In this document: piece after piece, positions 1 through 13,150 of the stretch
How the letters are laid out: each line of letters opens with the position of its first letter
Position numbering within the stretch: the stretch's first letter is position 1
NCBI RefSeq assembly: GCF_018350175.1
Contig: NC_058368.1
Span: forward strand, 97,466,001 to 97,530,000
DNA length: 64,000 bases
Reading direction: 5' to 3'
Origin: Felis catus
Lineage: Eukaryota
Program-made: the position numbers and the translations under genes
Notes under the pieces: model-generated
The model's input: the letters and a program-made list of their open reading frames with translations, nothing else
The model's database searches: none
Told to the model about the DNA's origin: nothing

Positions 1-325
1 GACTATTTTATTTAGTATGTTTTTATCTTTAGGGGCCCATCATATATTAGGTTTTCAATAAATGTTCACATATTTGACTGTAAGTTTTGTTATCATGAAA
101 AAAAGTACTTAACAGATGAAGAATGGTTAACTCACTTAGAAATTAAGGTAATAACCTATTTCACAAGGTAGTTTTTTAATGATAAGGTATAGCAGTGTAT
201 CTGAAAGTACTTGGTGTATAAGAGCCCTCTAAAAATATTGTTAGCAGGTAAACTAGCTACTTGAGGTGTCAGACTACTAACTTCAACAAAAACATTTAAC
301 AATTGAGTGATTTTTAAAAAAAAAA

Positions 326-531
326 TTTTTTAACGTTTTTATTTATTATTGACAGATAAAGAGCGTGAGCAGGGGAGGGGTGTAGAGAGAGGGGAGACAC
401 AGAATCTGAGGTAGGCTCCAGGCTTTGAGCTGTCAGCACAGAGCTCAACGCGAGGCTTGAACTCACCAACTGTGAGATCATGACGTGAGCCAAAGTTGGT
501 CACTTAACCAACTGAGCCACCCAGGTGCCCC
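326..531 (-). mobile_element. Can-SINE (feliform SINEC_Fc type)
   Basis: Reverse complement of GGGGCACCTGGGTGGCTCAG head, (GA)n tract and T-tail; flanking TTGAGTGAT repeat. Confidence 0.9.
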
Positions 532-679
532 TTGAGTGATATTTCTTTAGTAATAACATTAATAGTTGCTTGGATATTCTGTACCATTGGTTTATCAATA
601 CTAATGCTTCAGAGGATAGTATTAATATTAAATTGCTCTAAAATCAGCATTAGAGAGTAGTATTAAAAGATAATTACTT

Positions 680-789
680 GGGGCACCTGGGTGGCTCAGT
701 CGGTTCAACTCTTGATTTTGGCTCAGGTCATGATGGGGGCTGGGCAGTCATGAGATGGGGCTCCATGTTGAGTGTGGAGCCTGCTTAAG

Positions 790-829
<40 letters not shown>

Positions 830-923
830 TCTCTCTTCCTCTCTTCCTCTCTTCCTCTCTTCCTCTTCCTGACCCTCTCGCCTGCTCTCTCTCTGTCTCT
901 CTGAAAAATAAAGGAAAATAAAA
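680..923 (+). mobile_element. Can-SINE (older subfamily) with long (CT)n tract
   Basis: GGGGCACCTGGGTGGCTCAGTCGGTT head; imperfect TSD aaaagataattactt/aaaagacagttactt. Confidence 0.88.
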
Positions 924-1477
924 GACAGTTACTTATTTTCCTAGCATACCTAATAGTGACTTGACAACAGCTCATGACCATTATCTCTTTAATTGTGATC
1001 AAATTATTTTTCTTTTTACAATTGAAAACTTTAAAATTTAATGGTTTGGTTGAGAAACGGGTTATTGTAATAAATAATTGGGAACAATTAGTTTATTTTT
1101 GCAAGTGAACTTTATTTATAAACAGATTGTAAATATTTTAAGTGAAATATTAGCATTTTTGTTCTGACCAGTATTTTCTTACTATTTGCTAGGTATTGGG
1201 ATATAAAGAAATTTTTTCAGATGCCATTACTAAACTGACTATAGTGCTTTTGTGTTTTCTCCAGATCCACTATTGCATCCAGCTTAAATCATGAGGTTTT
1301 CTGTTTAAGATTTTTTTTTTGCCTTTTTTCCTACTTTAATATTCATACCTCCACCCTTTGTGTTCAAAGCAATATACTGTATTATACATTAGCTATCTTT
1401 GTATCATTCCATAACTGGAATTAATTATTTTGTATTTTATATTAATTTCTTAATCCTTCATGGGATACCTTAATTTC

Positions 1478-1640
1478 TTTTTTTTTTAATATATGAAATT
1501 TATTGTCAAATTGGTTTCCATACAACACCCAGTGCTCATCCCAAAAGATGCCCTCTTCAATACCAATATCACCTACCCTCCCCTCCTCCCACCCCCCATC
1601 AACCCTCAGCTTGTTCTCAGTTTTTAAGAGTCTCTTATAC
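1478..1640 (-). mobile_element. 5'-truncated young L1 3'UTR fragment
   Basis: T-tail plus ttgtcaaattggtttccatacaacacccagtgctcatccc; exact TSD TACCTTAATTTC at 1466-1477 and 1641-1652. Confidence 0.88.
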
Positions 1641-1689
1641 TACCTTAATTTCAACTTCAGTTTATGTTTAAGAAAACTTGTAAAAACCA

Positions 1690-2054
1690 AACTCATACAT
1701 AAATAAGGGGATTGGCGGTTGCCAGAGGCTGGAGTGAGGGGTGGTTACAATATGTGAAGGTGGTCACAAGGTGCGAGCTTAGAGTTATAAAATAAATAAG
1801 TCCTGGGGATGTAATGTACAGCATGGTGACCTTAGTTAACACTACCATATTGTATATTTGAAAGTTGCTAAGAGAGTAGATTTTAAAAGTTCTTGCATCA
1901 CAAGAAAGAAATTGTAACCAATGTATGGTGATGGATGTAGGCTCAATTTACTGTGGTGACCATTTTGCAGTATATGCAAGTATCAGGTCATTCATTATAT
2001 TGTACACCTGAAATTAATACAGTGTTATTTTTTAGTTATAAATTAAAAAAAAAA
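1690..2054 (+). mobile_element. Old L1MA-type 3' end (L1MA9-like)
   Basis: ggggatgtaatgtacagcatggtgac...gaaagttgctaagagagtaga...ttgtacacctgaaa then A-tail. Confidence 0.75.
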
Positions 2055-2099
2055 CTGGTGTCCATTGGTGAACTAAGCAGTGGAATAATAACTAAATTT

Positions 2100-2645
2100 T
2101 TTTCTTTTTTTTCAATATATGAAATTTATTGTCAAATTGGTTTCCATACAACACCCAGTGCTCATCCCAAAAGGTGCCCTCCTCAATACCCATCACCCAC
2201 CCTTCCCTCCCTCCCACCCCCCAACAACCCTCAGTTCTCAGTTTTTAAGAGTCTCTTATGCTTTGGCTCTCTCCCACTCTAACCTCTTTTTTTTTTTTTC
2301 CTTCCCCTCCCCTCCCCCATGGACTCCTGTTAAGTTTCTCAGGATCCACATAAGAGTGAAAACATACGGTATCTGTCTTTTTCTGTATGGCTTATTTCAC
2401 TTAGCATCACACTCTCCAGTTCCATCCACGTTGCTACAAAGGGCCATATTTCGTTCTTTCTCATTGCCCTGTAGTACTCCATTGTGTATATAAACCACAA
2501 ATTCTTTATCCATTCATCAGTTGATGGACATTTAGGCTCTTTCCATAATTTGGCTATTGTTGAGAGTGCTGCTTTAAACATTGGGGTACAAGTGCCCCTA
2601 TGCATCAGTACTCCTGTATCCCTTGGGTAAATTCCTAGCAGTGCT
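2100..2645 (-). mobile_element. 5'-truncated young L1 (ORF2 C-terminus and 3'UTR)
   Basis: ORF 2339..2605 encodes L1 ORF2 tail ([29 protein letters not shown]); exact 16-bp TSD AATAATAACTAAATTT at 2084-2099 and 2646-2661. Confidence 0.93.
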
Positions 2646-2719
2646 AATAATAACTAAATTTGAATGAAATTCCTCATTGGTGCTTTCTAAGCTGTTTGTG
2701 AGACCTTCCACCCTGTTGC

Positions 2720-2960
2720 TGCTATTTATTGAGCTTCTGCTAAGCCCGCTAGCCTGTGCATCGCGGTTATATGTACGATACTAGCCTGTGCCTCACAGTT
2801 ATATATACGATACCATTACAGCCGATCTGTACACACTTCTGATTTTATAGATGAGAAGAAAATTGAGGCTCAGAGTTTGCCCAAGATTAAATTCACATGA
2901 CTAATTAAGTGACTTACTTTGGATGTAGACACAGGGATTTCTGGTCAACAGTCTGTTTTG
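2720..2960 (-). mobile_element. MIR remnant
   Basis: attttatagatgag..aaattgaggctcagag..ttgcccaag core motif. Confidence 0.55.
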
Positions 2961-4102
2961 TCACAAACCCACTTTCCTTGAAATAGAGTGATCTTTATGG
3001 GGAGACACAAATCCATAGTCCTTATTTGCTAAAGTGAATTCCTTATTTATTTTCAACTTTTCAATCACAGTTGTGTCTCTTCCTCTGTGTTCTTTGTTTG
3101 GATGACAACAGTCTTCTCAACTTCCCAAGTTGGGATTTTTCCTTGAAACCTTTTGTATCTCCTGTTTTTTAGTTGATGTCAAGCCTTGAAAATTCTGCTT
3201 TTGAAATGGCTTTCAAATCCTTGCTTCTTAGTTTAGTATTTGATTCAGATCCTCATGATTTCCTTTGTGTATTATTATCGTCAATTAACCAGGTTTCCCT
3301 GTGTGTTTTCTCTAATCTCATCCATCTCTAGACTTTTTTTTTTTTTTTTTAAAGAATCTTTACCTTTGTGTACTGGAGCCTTTGAAAGCGTGGTGAAAAT
3401 TAAGGATTATCTTTCTAGAAAAACGTACATACTTTACATATAACTTCTGCATATTGTCTCAGTGCAGGGAGGTTTACAAGGTTTACGAGGCCTCTTCAAG
3501 TCCATCTGTTGATATCTGCCCATCCTACTTAGACTCCTTCTTCTAAAATACAGATCCACTTATGTAACCTCTCTACACTTAACACTCCCAACTTATTGTA
3601 ACTAATTGTAACCAGATGCCTTATAAACTTCAAAAATGCTTTGGTCTCTGACCAGAATTTTTTCCAAGTCTTCTGTGCACCTTATTCTTTAACCATAAAC
3701 CAGATTATAAATCATTCTTGGGAATATATTTGAACTTGCATGAATTCATGCCTCTCTTCACAGAATGTCTCTACCAGAATGTGAAATCGTCTTTAAAAAG
3801 GACAGTTTTCATTTGTCATTGTGTTCCCCGTCAGTGGCTAGCACAGTGCTTGGTACAAAGAAGATGCTCATTAAATGTTTTTTAAATGAAAGATTACATG
3901 ATCTCTTCCCTATTTTCCCCAAACTGCTTCAACAGAATTAAAATACACCCTCACTCCCTCTCCCCGCAAATGTTTTGGTTATTTAACTTTTTTAGAAGTT
4001 GAGTTGTTTTTATAGTATTATATGAGACTCTTAACCATGTAACTTAACTCATTAATTAAATACCTAAATAATAAATGGTGAATAATGTATATATATTTTT
4101 AG

Positions 4103-4235
4103 GCAATCGTCTTTTAACTGGTTCTAGCTGTTTGCAACTGTGGTCCAATGCTAACTTGGAGAAGCCAACTGAAGATGAAAATCCAGATAAAACAGATCTT
4201 AATTTGGGGGACTGGAGATGCATTTGGCATTGCAA
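4103..4235 (+). CDS. DMXL1: DMXL1 exon 5 (133 nt, phase 1->2)
   Basis: ttttag|GC AAT CGT..; NRLLTGSSCLQLWSNANLEKPTEDENPDKTDLNLGDWRCIWHCK; AA|gtaagc. Confidence 0.93.
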
Positions 4236-5009
4236 GTAAGCAATTAATTAGGGGATTGAAGTGATAAATCTGTTCATGTGGGTTTTGTTATAAATGCATT
4301 TTAGTTTCTGTGAAACTACACAACATTAAAAGTATTGATTTTTTATTCTGCAACAGGTCTTTTCATAAATACAGAGGATTCACTATTTCCCATAGTGAAT
4401 CTATAGATCCAGGTTTTTTTTTTAATTATTGAATAAAACACCTATGGAGAAACATAGAAAATGTGTTAAGCCTGTATGATGATCATTAAATAGAAACTTG
4501 CTAAATTCTACCAAAGGAGACAGAGACGCTTTCCATGCTTTTGACTGGAAGTTTTCCTGTTGTGAAGAAGTATATTTTTCCCAAGTTGCTTTATGTATTG
4601 AATATAATCCTTGTCAAAATCCCATTGGAATTTCTACTTTTGAGCATAGTTCTAAACTTGTTTTAACAGGTTAAATATGGGAAAATCAGGAAAATTCTGT
4701 AAGAAGTAAAGTAGTGAAGATAGCATAGAAAAATGAATTCTAAAGCTAGAGCTGGTCTAGCAGTTTGTTGTTGATGTAGGAACAGATTAGGGTCCAGAAT
4801 TAGGCCCAATTACATACACATGGAGATTCAGTATATTAGGTGTCATTTTATATCAGTGGGTAAACTTGGTAACTCTGTGGAGAAGAAAATGAAATTATAG
4901 TATGTTTCATGCCTCACACCACAATAAGTCAAAAGAGGGAAACCTTGAATTTCTACACAATGAACTAAATACTAGAAGAAAATACAGGAGAATTTTTTTA
5001 TTTTAGAAT

Positions 5010-5320
5010 TACAGTGTCCATTATGGTAGCAGCTAGTGATATACCACTTTTGAGCACTCGAAATGTGGCTAGTCTGAATTGACTGTGCTGTAAGTATAAA
5101 ATACACGCTGGATTTCAAGAACTTAGCACAAAGGAAAAAAATGTAAAATATCCAGTTAATTTTTTTATTGATTACATGTTGAAATGATAGTAGTTTTAAT
5201 ATATTAACTTAAATAAAATAATTTCACCTGTTTCTTACTACTTTTTACAATGTGGCTACTAGGAAATTTAACATTTGTTATTTATGTTCTGTCACTGTTG
5301 CAGGATAAATGCTGCTTTAG
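5010..5320 (-). mobile_element. MER33-like hAT-Charlie DNA transposon
   Basis: gagcactcgaaatgtggctagt...ctgtaagtataaaatacac..ggatttcaaga...attgattacatgttgaaatgat...tgtggctactag resembles the MER33 consensus as recalled. Confidence 0.75.
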
Positions 5321-5789
5321 ATGAGGGAAATACTTTCTAGGTATAATACCAGAACTAGAAACTGAAAGGAAAGGAAAGGAAAACATCAATATTTGTTGAC
5401 CATATCAATAACAAAATTCTATAAAGCAAACAGACCACACAGAATATAAAAAGTTGAGGAAAATATTTGCAATTTGGAGTTAATGCTTTTTTTAAAAAGA
5501 GGTCTTAAAAATTAATATCTCTGTAGTAAACAAAAATAGACAAGTGAAAAATTTTAAATGGTAGTACATATGAATAATAAGCAAATTAAGTAAGAGTTGA
5601 TGGACTGCAAAATCTAGAAATGAGAAGTATCCAGAAAGAAGAGGATGAATAATATCTACTATTAGTGAGTGTTTGGAGAACAGGTACTCTTAAATCCTCT
5701 TTAAGGGAGTGCATTGGTATTTTTCTAAAGAGCAATTTGGAAGTATGAATCAACAGGCTTAATTTTTATACCCTGAGATAGTAACTCCA

Positions 5790-5950
5790 CATTTCATTCA
5801 TTCATGCAGCAATTATTTGCTGAGTGTTTATCATGTTTGAGGCAGTGGTAGAAGTGCTTGGAATATAGATAGCAGTGACCAGGTAGGGACTGAGACTACC
5901 AACCAGTAAACCAGTATGACAGAATGTTAAGTGGCATTCTTCCTGAGTCC
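5790..5950 (-). mobile_element. L2 3' end remnant
   Basis: ttcattcattca..caattatttgctgagtg...gcagtgacc motif typical of L2 3' ends. Confidence 0.55.
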
Positions 5951-8079
5951 GTTTTATATGAAACAGGAAGAGAACTATAGAAGATACCAAATAGAGAGTA
6001 AGGCAGACCTGGTATATAGAGTTTAGAAAGATTTCAGGAGAGTTGTTTCCATATATTTTGTACCCTTCGGCTAGATTGTGAGTTTTAAAAAGGCTTAACA
6101 TGGAGAGGGAGTAGGACTTTGCAAAGAAAATTCTTTAGAGACAGTTGTCTTTGCTCTGGAGTCTTCCATGTAAAGTTGGGGAGACGGGAGCAGCAAAGTG
6201 TTATATTGCCTTCTCAGGGCTTCCATGGGTTGAACTGAGAATTTGAAATGTGTTTTGTGCTTTTGGTAGAGGGGGAGAATCTTAAGTTAATTCAAGATTA
6301 GAGTCTACGGTGATAACTTGGACTAGACATACTATGTATTTGGGATGGTTATTTAATTAAGCAGAAAAGCCATGGGACTCAGGTATCAATTTAGGAGCAG
6401 CTGATGATTACACTGACTGGAACACATTTAAACATTGAGCTTGATCACATTCCTTTTGTGATGTGTTTAAAACCCGTTATACACGTTAGATGAAGATCAG
6501 TAGTATGATAGAGAAAACTAAGGTAAAAGGAAGAAGAGTAGAGGTGACTTTTGAGTGTAGACCTGAAGGAAATAAGGGAGCAAGGTGTGTGGGGAAATCT
6601 CTGGGAGAAGAATCTTGGAGGCAGAGTGAACATTCACTGCAGACTTTGGTAGAAGTGTGCTTAGCTTGTGGCTGGAATAAAGTGAACAAGGTCAGGGAGT
6701 TTGCTTAGAGGTTATTGTGAGGGTTTGCCTTTTGTGCTGAGTTGGGAAGCTCTTGAGAATTTTGAGCAGAGGGAGCATTGAGAACTGATTCCTTTTTAAA
6801 AGGGACTGCCTTAGCTTTTTTGAGAAGACCTGGACAGAGGTCACACTCCTGGAGATGATTGCAATGGAGATCAGGCACTTTTAATGATTTGTTTTAAGAA
6901 TATCTTTAGAATTAGCCAGATCCATAGAAAAGTGTATACAAGGATGTTCATTGCACCACTTATTTTGTAGCAACAGAAATGAGAAAACGGTAGTGAAAAA
7001 TTATTTTAAGGCAGTGCATATATACGTAATAGAATAATATAGCCAGTAAAATAATGCAGATCTATACACATTGATATGCAAACGTGTTCTTTACATACTT
7101 TAAAATAGATAAATGTTACAAAGCAAATTGTAATGTAATATGACCTCACTCTCCATCCTCTCCTCCCCTATATGCTCCCAAAGAAAGTAGACAGAGGAGG
7201 AGGGTGGAGAGATGGGTCTAGAAGTCTGTGCATTAGAATGTTAGCAGTGGTTTTGCCTGGGAATGGGTGTCGTGGCGAAACTAGGTGATTTCATTTTCTT
7301 CTTTTCATATATATGTAGCAATACTTTCTGTTATGTAGCTATTACATTTAAGATTAAGAAAAAAGTTACTTTAATTTGGAAGGAAGTGTGACAGAATTCC
7401 TCTTTGGCCTGTTTTACAAATAAATTTGAGGTGAATCTAAGCACAAAATTGGGTAAAGAAAAGGAAGGCAATGACAGTGAGGGTTGTCTTGAGATCAGCA
7501 TAAGTGCGTAGCCAGAAGGGAAGGCAATGACGTGAAATGAGCCAAAGTTCATCAGAGAAGAAAAGGCAAGTGTGCACCAAGTGCATAGGCGAAGCTGGCA
7601 GGCTTCCCTCATGCGTGCAAGTCCCCCAGTAACCCACACGTAATCTTCAATGAGGTAAATGCCACCTTAAGGGAGATTTCATTTCAAAATACTGATTTAT
7701 TGTCCATTAAAATATATGATAGACTATGAGAAAGAGAAATTGAAATTTTTCAATTTGGAAATCTAATTTCCGGGGCCATTAGGTATCTATATTCCAAGAC
7801 AGTGAGAGCTATGATTGTTTTGTCTTAAGCTTTAAAGACTGAGAAGTCTTTCCTTTAATGATTCGTACACATAGATATTTTCACGTAAAAATAATTTTTA
7901 TACTTAATTTAAAAATTTATATTTTGTATTCATTTTATATGATGTACTTAAAATTGAGTGTAAAACTTGTGTTATCAGAAAATTTTCCATTATTTAAAGC
8001 AAGTTCCTGAATATTGTTTAGAGAAGTAATACAGAATTCTAATTTTCCTTAAAAATTATTTCTTCTCTTTAATTTACAG

Positions 8080-8146
8080 AACTGCTTCCCAAATTCATTT
8101 AATGAAATTCTCACCAGATGGAGAATTTTTTGCCACTGCTGGGAAG
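8080..8146 (+). CDS. DMXL1: DMXL1 exon 6 (67 nt, phase 2->0)
   Basis: ttacag|A ACT GCT..; TASQIHLMKFSPDGEFFATAGK; AAG|gtaatc. Confidence 0.93.
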
Positions 8147-8258
8147 GTAATCTTGTGAAATTGCTATTGCTGTTGGTTTATTTTGGAACTTCAAAAACCT
8201 TAACTGGCTTTATTCTTTTATTTAAGTTGAAAATATTTTCTATTAAAAATATATTCTA

Positions 8259-8470
8259 GGGGCGCCTGGGTGGCTCAGTCGGTTAAGCCTCCAACTTCGA
8301 CTCAGGTCACAATCTCGCGGTCCGTGAGTTTGAGCCCCACGTCAGGCTCTGGGCTGATGGCTCCGAGCCTGGAGCCTGCTTCCGATTCTGCGTCTCCCTT
8401 TCTCTCTGCCCCTCCCCCATTCATGCTCTGTCTCTCTCTGTCTCAAAAATAAATAAACATTAAAAAAAAA
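8259..8470 (+). mobile_element. Can-SINE
   Basis: GGGGCGCCTGGGTGGCTCAGTCGGTTAAG head, CT tract, AATAAA/A tail. Confidence 0.92.
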
Positions 8471-9004
8471 TTCTAATAAAAACATTTAAAATATAGTGAA
8501 AACGGGCTATTATTATTCTAAAAGATAGTATGGTATAATTGAAACATAGACTTAAAGATAGATCTGAGTGTAAATCTGCCATTTACCAACTTTTTGATTT
8601 GGGGCAAGTAATTAATTTTTTTGGGCAAATATAAGGATATACCGACTTTCTAAGAGGACATTTATAACCATTTTCATATTTTGCCGTGCTGATGTCCCAG
8701 CAGTATATTTTTCCTTGGAATTATTTTATTTGTAATCATTGGATCTCCAAACAGTTCATATACACATAATTGTCTAAAATTAATTGTTCTCATGGTTCAA
8801 ACCTTTCTGTAGACCCAAGATGTGAGCTACCCTAAATCTTCAGTGAGGTTTTTTTAGGAGAGAAATGGAGTTTGTTCTGATGGACTTTACCAGTGGAAGT
8901 GCAATTATAGTTTAAAAGCAGAACCTGGTACGTTGTAGTGCCCCTTGTTTTATCCATGCTTCCCAAATTAGCAGATGCGATTTTAATTGTACTTAGAATA
9001 TTTT

Positions 9005-9205
9005 GGGGCGCCTGGGTGGCTCAGTTAGTTAAGTGACCAACTATTGATTTTGGCTCAGGTCGTGATCTCGCAGTTCAGTTTGTGAGATGGAGCCCTGTGT
9101 CTTCACTGACGTTGTGGAGCCTGCTGGGAATTCTCCATCTCCTTCCCTCCCAGCCCCTCCCCTGGTTACATTCTAGCTCTCTGGCTGTCTCTCAAAATAA
9201 ATAAA
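9005..9205 (+). mobile_element. Can-SINE (older)
   Basis: Head motif; imperfect TSD acttagaatatttt/acttggaatatctt. Confidence 0.88.
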
Positions 9206-9677
9206 CTTGGAATATCTTATATAGTAGTAGCTATTAACTCATCATTACTATCTTCAACGTTTTCTTTGAACGTTCACATGATACTTCATGAAAACTTTTG
9301 TTTAAAAAAATTGGCAGTCCTCGTAAGCCTGCTAGTGGTAATTCTTTCTTATTTGATATTTGTCTAAGTGGGAAAATAAACCCTTTATCCATGAATTTTT
9401 TTCTCAGTGAGTCCTGTATGGTAACTAGCATTTTCCTTGATCCATTCCTTGCAAAATATACACATTCATACCTTAATTCTCAGAGCACGATTATGGAATG
9501 CTAATAGAAAAGTTTCAATCAGAGGTTTTCTTCTCAGTTCCTCTGTGCCAACTACACCTCACACCCCTAAATTCCTGTAAGTGGGGAGAAGGTTCTTACT
9601 TTTGCTGTTTGACTTAACCTTTAAATTATTTCTGATGTGAATGTTTTTCTATTTTTGTTTTTGTTTTTTTTCATTAG

Positions 9678-9856
9678 GATGACTGTCTTTTAAAGGTATG
9701 GTATAATGTAGAAAACTGGCGGACAGCTGTTACCTCTCCGGATAAAAGTTCAGAAAAACAATCCCAAGGAGAAATGGACTTTTCCTTTATATATCTGGCC
9801 CATCCTCGAGCTGTAAATGGATTTTCCTGGCGTAAAACAAGCAAATATATGCCTAG
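9678..9856 (+). CDS. DMXL1: DMXL1 exon 7 (179 nt, phase 0->2)
   Basis: cattag|GAT GAC; DDCLLKVWYNVENWRT...YLAHPRAVNGFSWRKTSKYMPR; AG|gtcagc. Confidence 0.94.
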
Positions 9857-10679
9857 GTCAGCGATTTAGTCATTTTATCTATGTATTAAGAGAACATCAT
9901 CTTTGTGACATTGAGTGCTCTTCTCGCTTTAAGAATCCACAGCTATAGGACTTTGGCCTATGAAGATTTTAGTAATATCAGATAATCCTTGGCCTGCAGA
10001 TGTCTGGCCATGGGTCAGCTATGACTGACACATCACAGGAGAGCCATGGGAAAGGATAATTTATCTCCATCTCACATGTCTATAAGTGACAGAATTGTAC
10101 GTCTTTTCTTCTCTTTGTTAAGTATCCAGTTCTTTTGTCTCTTAGTCCTTCTCTATATTGCCATTTACATGGACCTTTCCACGTTTCAGTCCCTAATCTT
10201 GTTCCTTCTCTGTGTATCTCCTCTGGTTTCCCTTTTTTTTTTTAAGCTGCTTTATTGAGAGGATATAACATGAGGCCTCAAACATTTCTTTAACTATATC
10301 TAACATCTTTATGGAAAAGAGAGTGGGTTAAAAGATTACTATTCTCTGAATTAGGTATTAGTTTAATCTATGCAGTCATGCACAAGTACACCTGTTAATA
10401 ACTTCTTTTCTTTCCTTTATTCTTGCAAAACTGGATAACCCATTGAGCTTTTGCCTGTACTTAGTAAGGTACAGAGACCTATTACTTAAGTATAAGTAGA
10501 AATCCCTTTTTGTTTGATGGCCATTTTCAATTTGGTTACACCATGGAACAATACAGTTTTTCCCTTAACCTTTTGTCACTGATCCGTGGGAGGGTACCTG
10601 GATCATTTGTTGACTTTAGTTTTGCTCTTCTGAGCCAGCAGAGTATATCCAGATTTTTTTTTTCAAAAATGTATATTAA

Positions 10680-10950
10680 GACTGATTTTTAAAGAGTAGT
10701 TTAAGATTCATAGCAAAATTGAGTGGCAGGTAAACAAATGTCCCATCTATCCCTTGCACCCACACATGCATAGCCTCCCCTATTATCAACCTCCCCCACC
10801 AGAGTGTATATTTATTATAACTGATGAACCTACCTCAACACATTGTTCCTTAAAGTCCATCGTTGAGAGTATGGTTCAGTTCCGGTGTTGTGCACTGTAT
10901 GGATTTGGACAAATGTATGATGACGTGTTTCCATCATTGTTATACCTGAT
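10680..10950 (-). mobile_element. Old L1MC-type 3' end (L1MC1-like)
   Basis: agcaaaattgag...cacacatgcatagcctcccctattatcaac..ccccaccagagtg...ctgatgaacctac..aaagtccat..ggacaaatgtatgatgac. Confidence 0.75.
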
Positions 10951-11247
10951 CTTTTGAGTTCTTTTCTAGTACAGTAGTTACCATTATTCCTACCCCAGCC
11001 ATCTAGGCTAACCAAGCATAGGAGTAGGACACTGTAGGACCAGTAGTGTCAGGAGGATGTGGCAGAGTGTGCTAAGGGAGAGAGTGGTGTGGACAGTCTG
11101 TACTGTTGGCAAAAGAGCTCACTCCAGCTTCACTTGGTGAACTGTTGCTCTGCAGTACCTCTGAGACCATTGCCCACGTATACAAAAATGTGTTCAGAAT
11201 GTAATGAGCTGTGGTATGTGTTAATTCTCCTTTTAAAATTTGCAAAT

Positions 11248-11470
11248 GGGGGCGCCTGGGTGGCTCAGTCGGCTAAGCGGCCGACTTCGGCTCAGGTCAT
11301 GATCTTGCGGTCCGTGAGTTCAAGCCCCGCGTCAGGCTCTGTGCTGACAGCTCAGAGCCTGGAGCCTGTTTCAGATTCTGTGTCTCCCTTTCTCTGACCC
11401 TCCCCCATTCATGCTCTGTCTCTGTCTCAAAAATAAATAAATGTTAAAATAAATAAATAAATAAATAATA
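11248..11470 (+). mobile_element. Can-SINE
   Basis: Canonical head, (AAAT)n tail, TSD AAAATTTGCAAATGG. Confidence 0.93.
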
Positions 11471-12834
11471 AAATTTGCAAATGGCCACAATAAAAATAGC
11501 TGTCATTGCAAACCATAAAGATTACATCATTTTGGAGGCTGATTTCTTCGGATACATCCAAGTGTTCTCATTTGCACATGGTGAGACTACCAGAATACTG
11601 AAAAAGAGGCTTATGAAGTATTTATCTTTTGAGAGAGGACAGTCACATCTGTACCTGACCTAATTCACTCGGTGTTGGTAAAAGGGATCGTGGTGGAGGC
11701 AGAGGCAGGTGCTTTGCACTGGACTGTCATGAATGCCTAGTAACACCAGTGAGGCATAGCAATTTCTCCTTCTGCTTGTGTTCGTTTTATCTCTTAGCAA
11801 CTACATCGTGCAGGAACTGTGGCATAGGACTAGAATTTCTGTTTGTTACAGTATCTTTTAGACGTCTCAAGAATTTTTCTTTTGGTCCATGTCATTTACG
11901 AACCAGCTAATCTCCCTGAGCTCTTTTAGGTTTCATTTTTGTTTTACCAGCTGCCTGCAGATATGTGGTAGGAAGGCTGACCCCTTCGGAGAATGACAGA
12001 GATCCCATTATCAACTAAACCATTGCTCTTTCTGATATGGCATCTTCACTGGGCTATACAGGTGCTTTGTTTTTCACGTAAAATTCAGATACTCAGCCAA
12101 ATGGTAATACTTTATGCAAGGGTACTGCTGGCTTGAGAGAAAAGAATGGGAAAGTGTTTGTAATGAGCATATACTTCTTCACTAAACACCGATGAATGTA
12201 GGATAAGTGGAAGGTTTGTTGTATACCCTTCCCTAGATAACTAGTTGCAAAAACAACAATTGGCCTGTTGTTACATGAAGATGGGACACACTGTCTTGTT
12301 GTAGCTGTCACAGGTGTCATAGACACTTACCTATCACATGCTTGCCTTCCATGTGGTTATACCTTTTACTGAGGGGTGGTGGTTGTACCTGAATATGAGG
12401 AAATGAGCTACCCTGATACGAAGTGAGGAAAGGACATATTGCTAGCGAAATGCCTCACACAGAGCAGGGAATTTCTTCCATTCTCTTAGATTACCTGGCA
12501 CCTCTTTATACTGATTGTCTGTAAGGTCTAGTATCTTGAGGAGAGTCACCTGGGGCCACCACACTCCTAGGTCAAAGGCCTCTCTATGCTTCTGAGTTGT
12601 GTATCTTGCTTGTTTTGTTGCTTTTGCCTAAGTTCTTAATGCCTCTTCTGATTGTTCTCTATTCAGCCCTTCAGTCTACTACTTTCTCCTCTTCGTTTAT
12701 AAGCCTGTGCATTCTGCCGGTTACAGATGGGCTCTGTGAACCTTTAACTTTTCCTATTGCCTTTTGGTGTATTTTCTTCTGTTCTGATTGCGCTTTTAAT
12801 CTCATTGTCACCACCTTTGTGGATGCGAATGAAC

Positions 12835-13150
12835 AAGAGAGAAATGCTGAGAAGGAAAGAGGATAGATCAGAGGAGGATGGAGAAAAAATGGAAAAGGAA
12901 GGAGAGGCATGAGGAAGGAGAAAGGAGTAGGAAAACAATTCAGAAAGGAAAGAAGGAGGTGCCCTAGCAAGTGGGGACAGGTGGAAAGAGAGAATGGCCT
13001 AGCAAGGCTGAGAAGCAGAGAATTGTGGGAGAAGGCAGAGGGAGGGAGGCCCGAGAGTGGATGGAAAGGGGAGAAAGGCAGAGGAGTAGACAGAGAAGCG
13101 GGTGGGGAAGGGAGAGGTGAGAAAAGAGAGGGAAGCTGAAGGGGAGAGCA
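12835..13150 (+). repeat. GA-rich low-complexity (polypurine) tract
   Basis: About 300 nt dominated by A/G on the + strand. Confidence 0.8.

Noticed and set aside
8259..8340. tRNA-like A/B box sequences
   Set aside because: These are the tRNA-derived heads of Can-SINEs, followed by a CT tract and A tail, not tRNA genes.
8270..8452. Recurring ~60-aa 'MAQSVK..TSAQV' ORFs (also 27545, 28541, 36248, 41291, 41649)
   Set aside because: They are the same frame through different Can-SINE copies, mostly starting at GTG.
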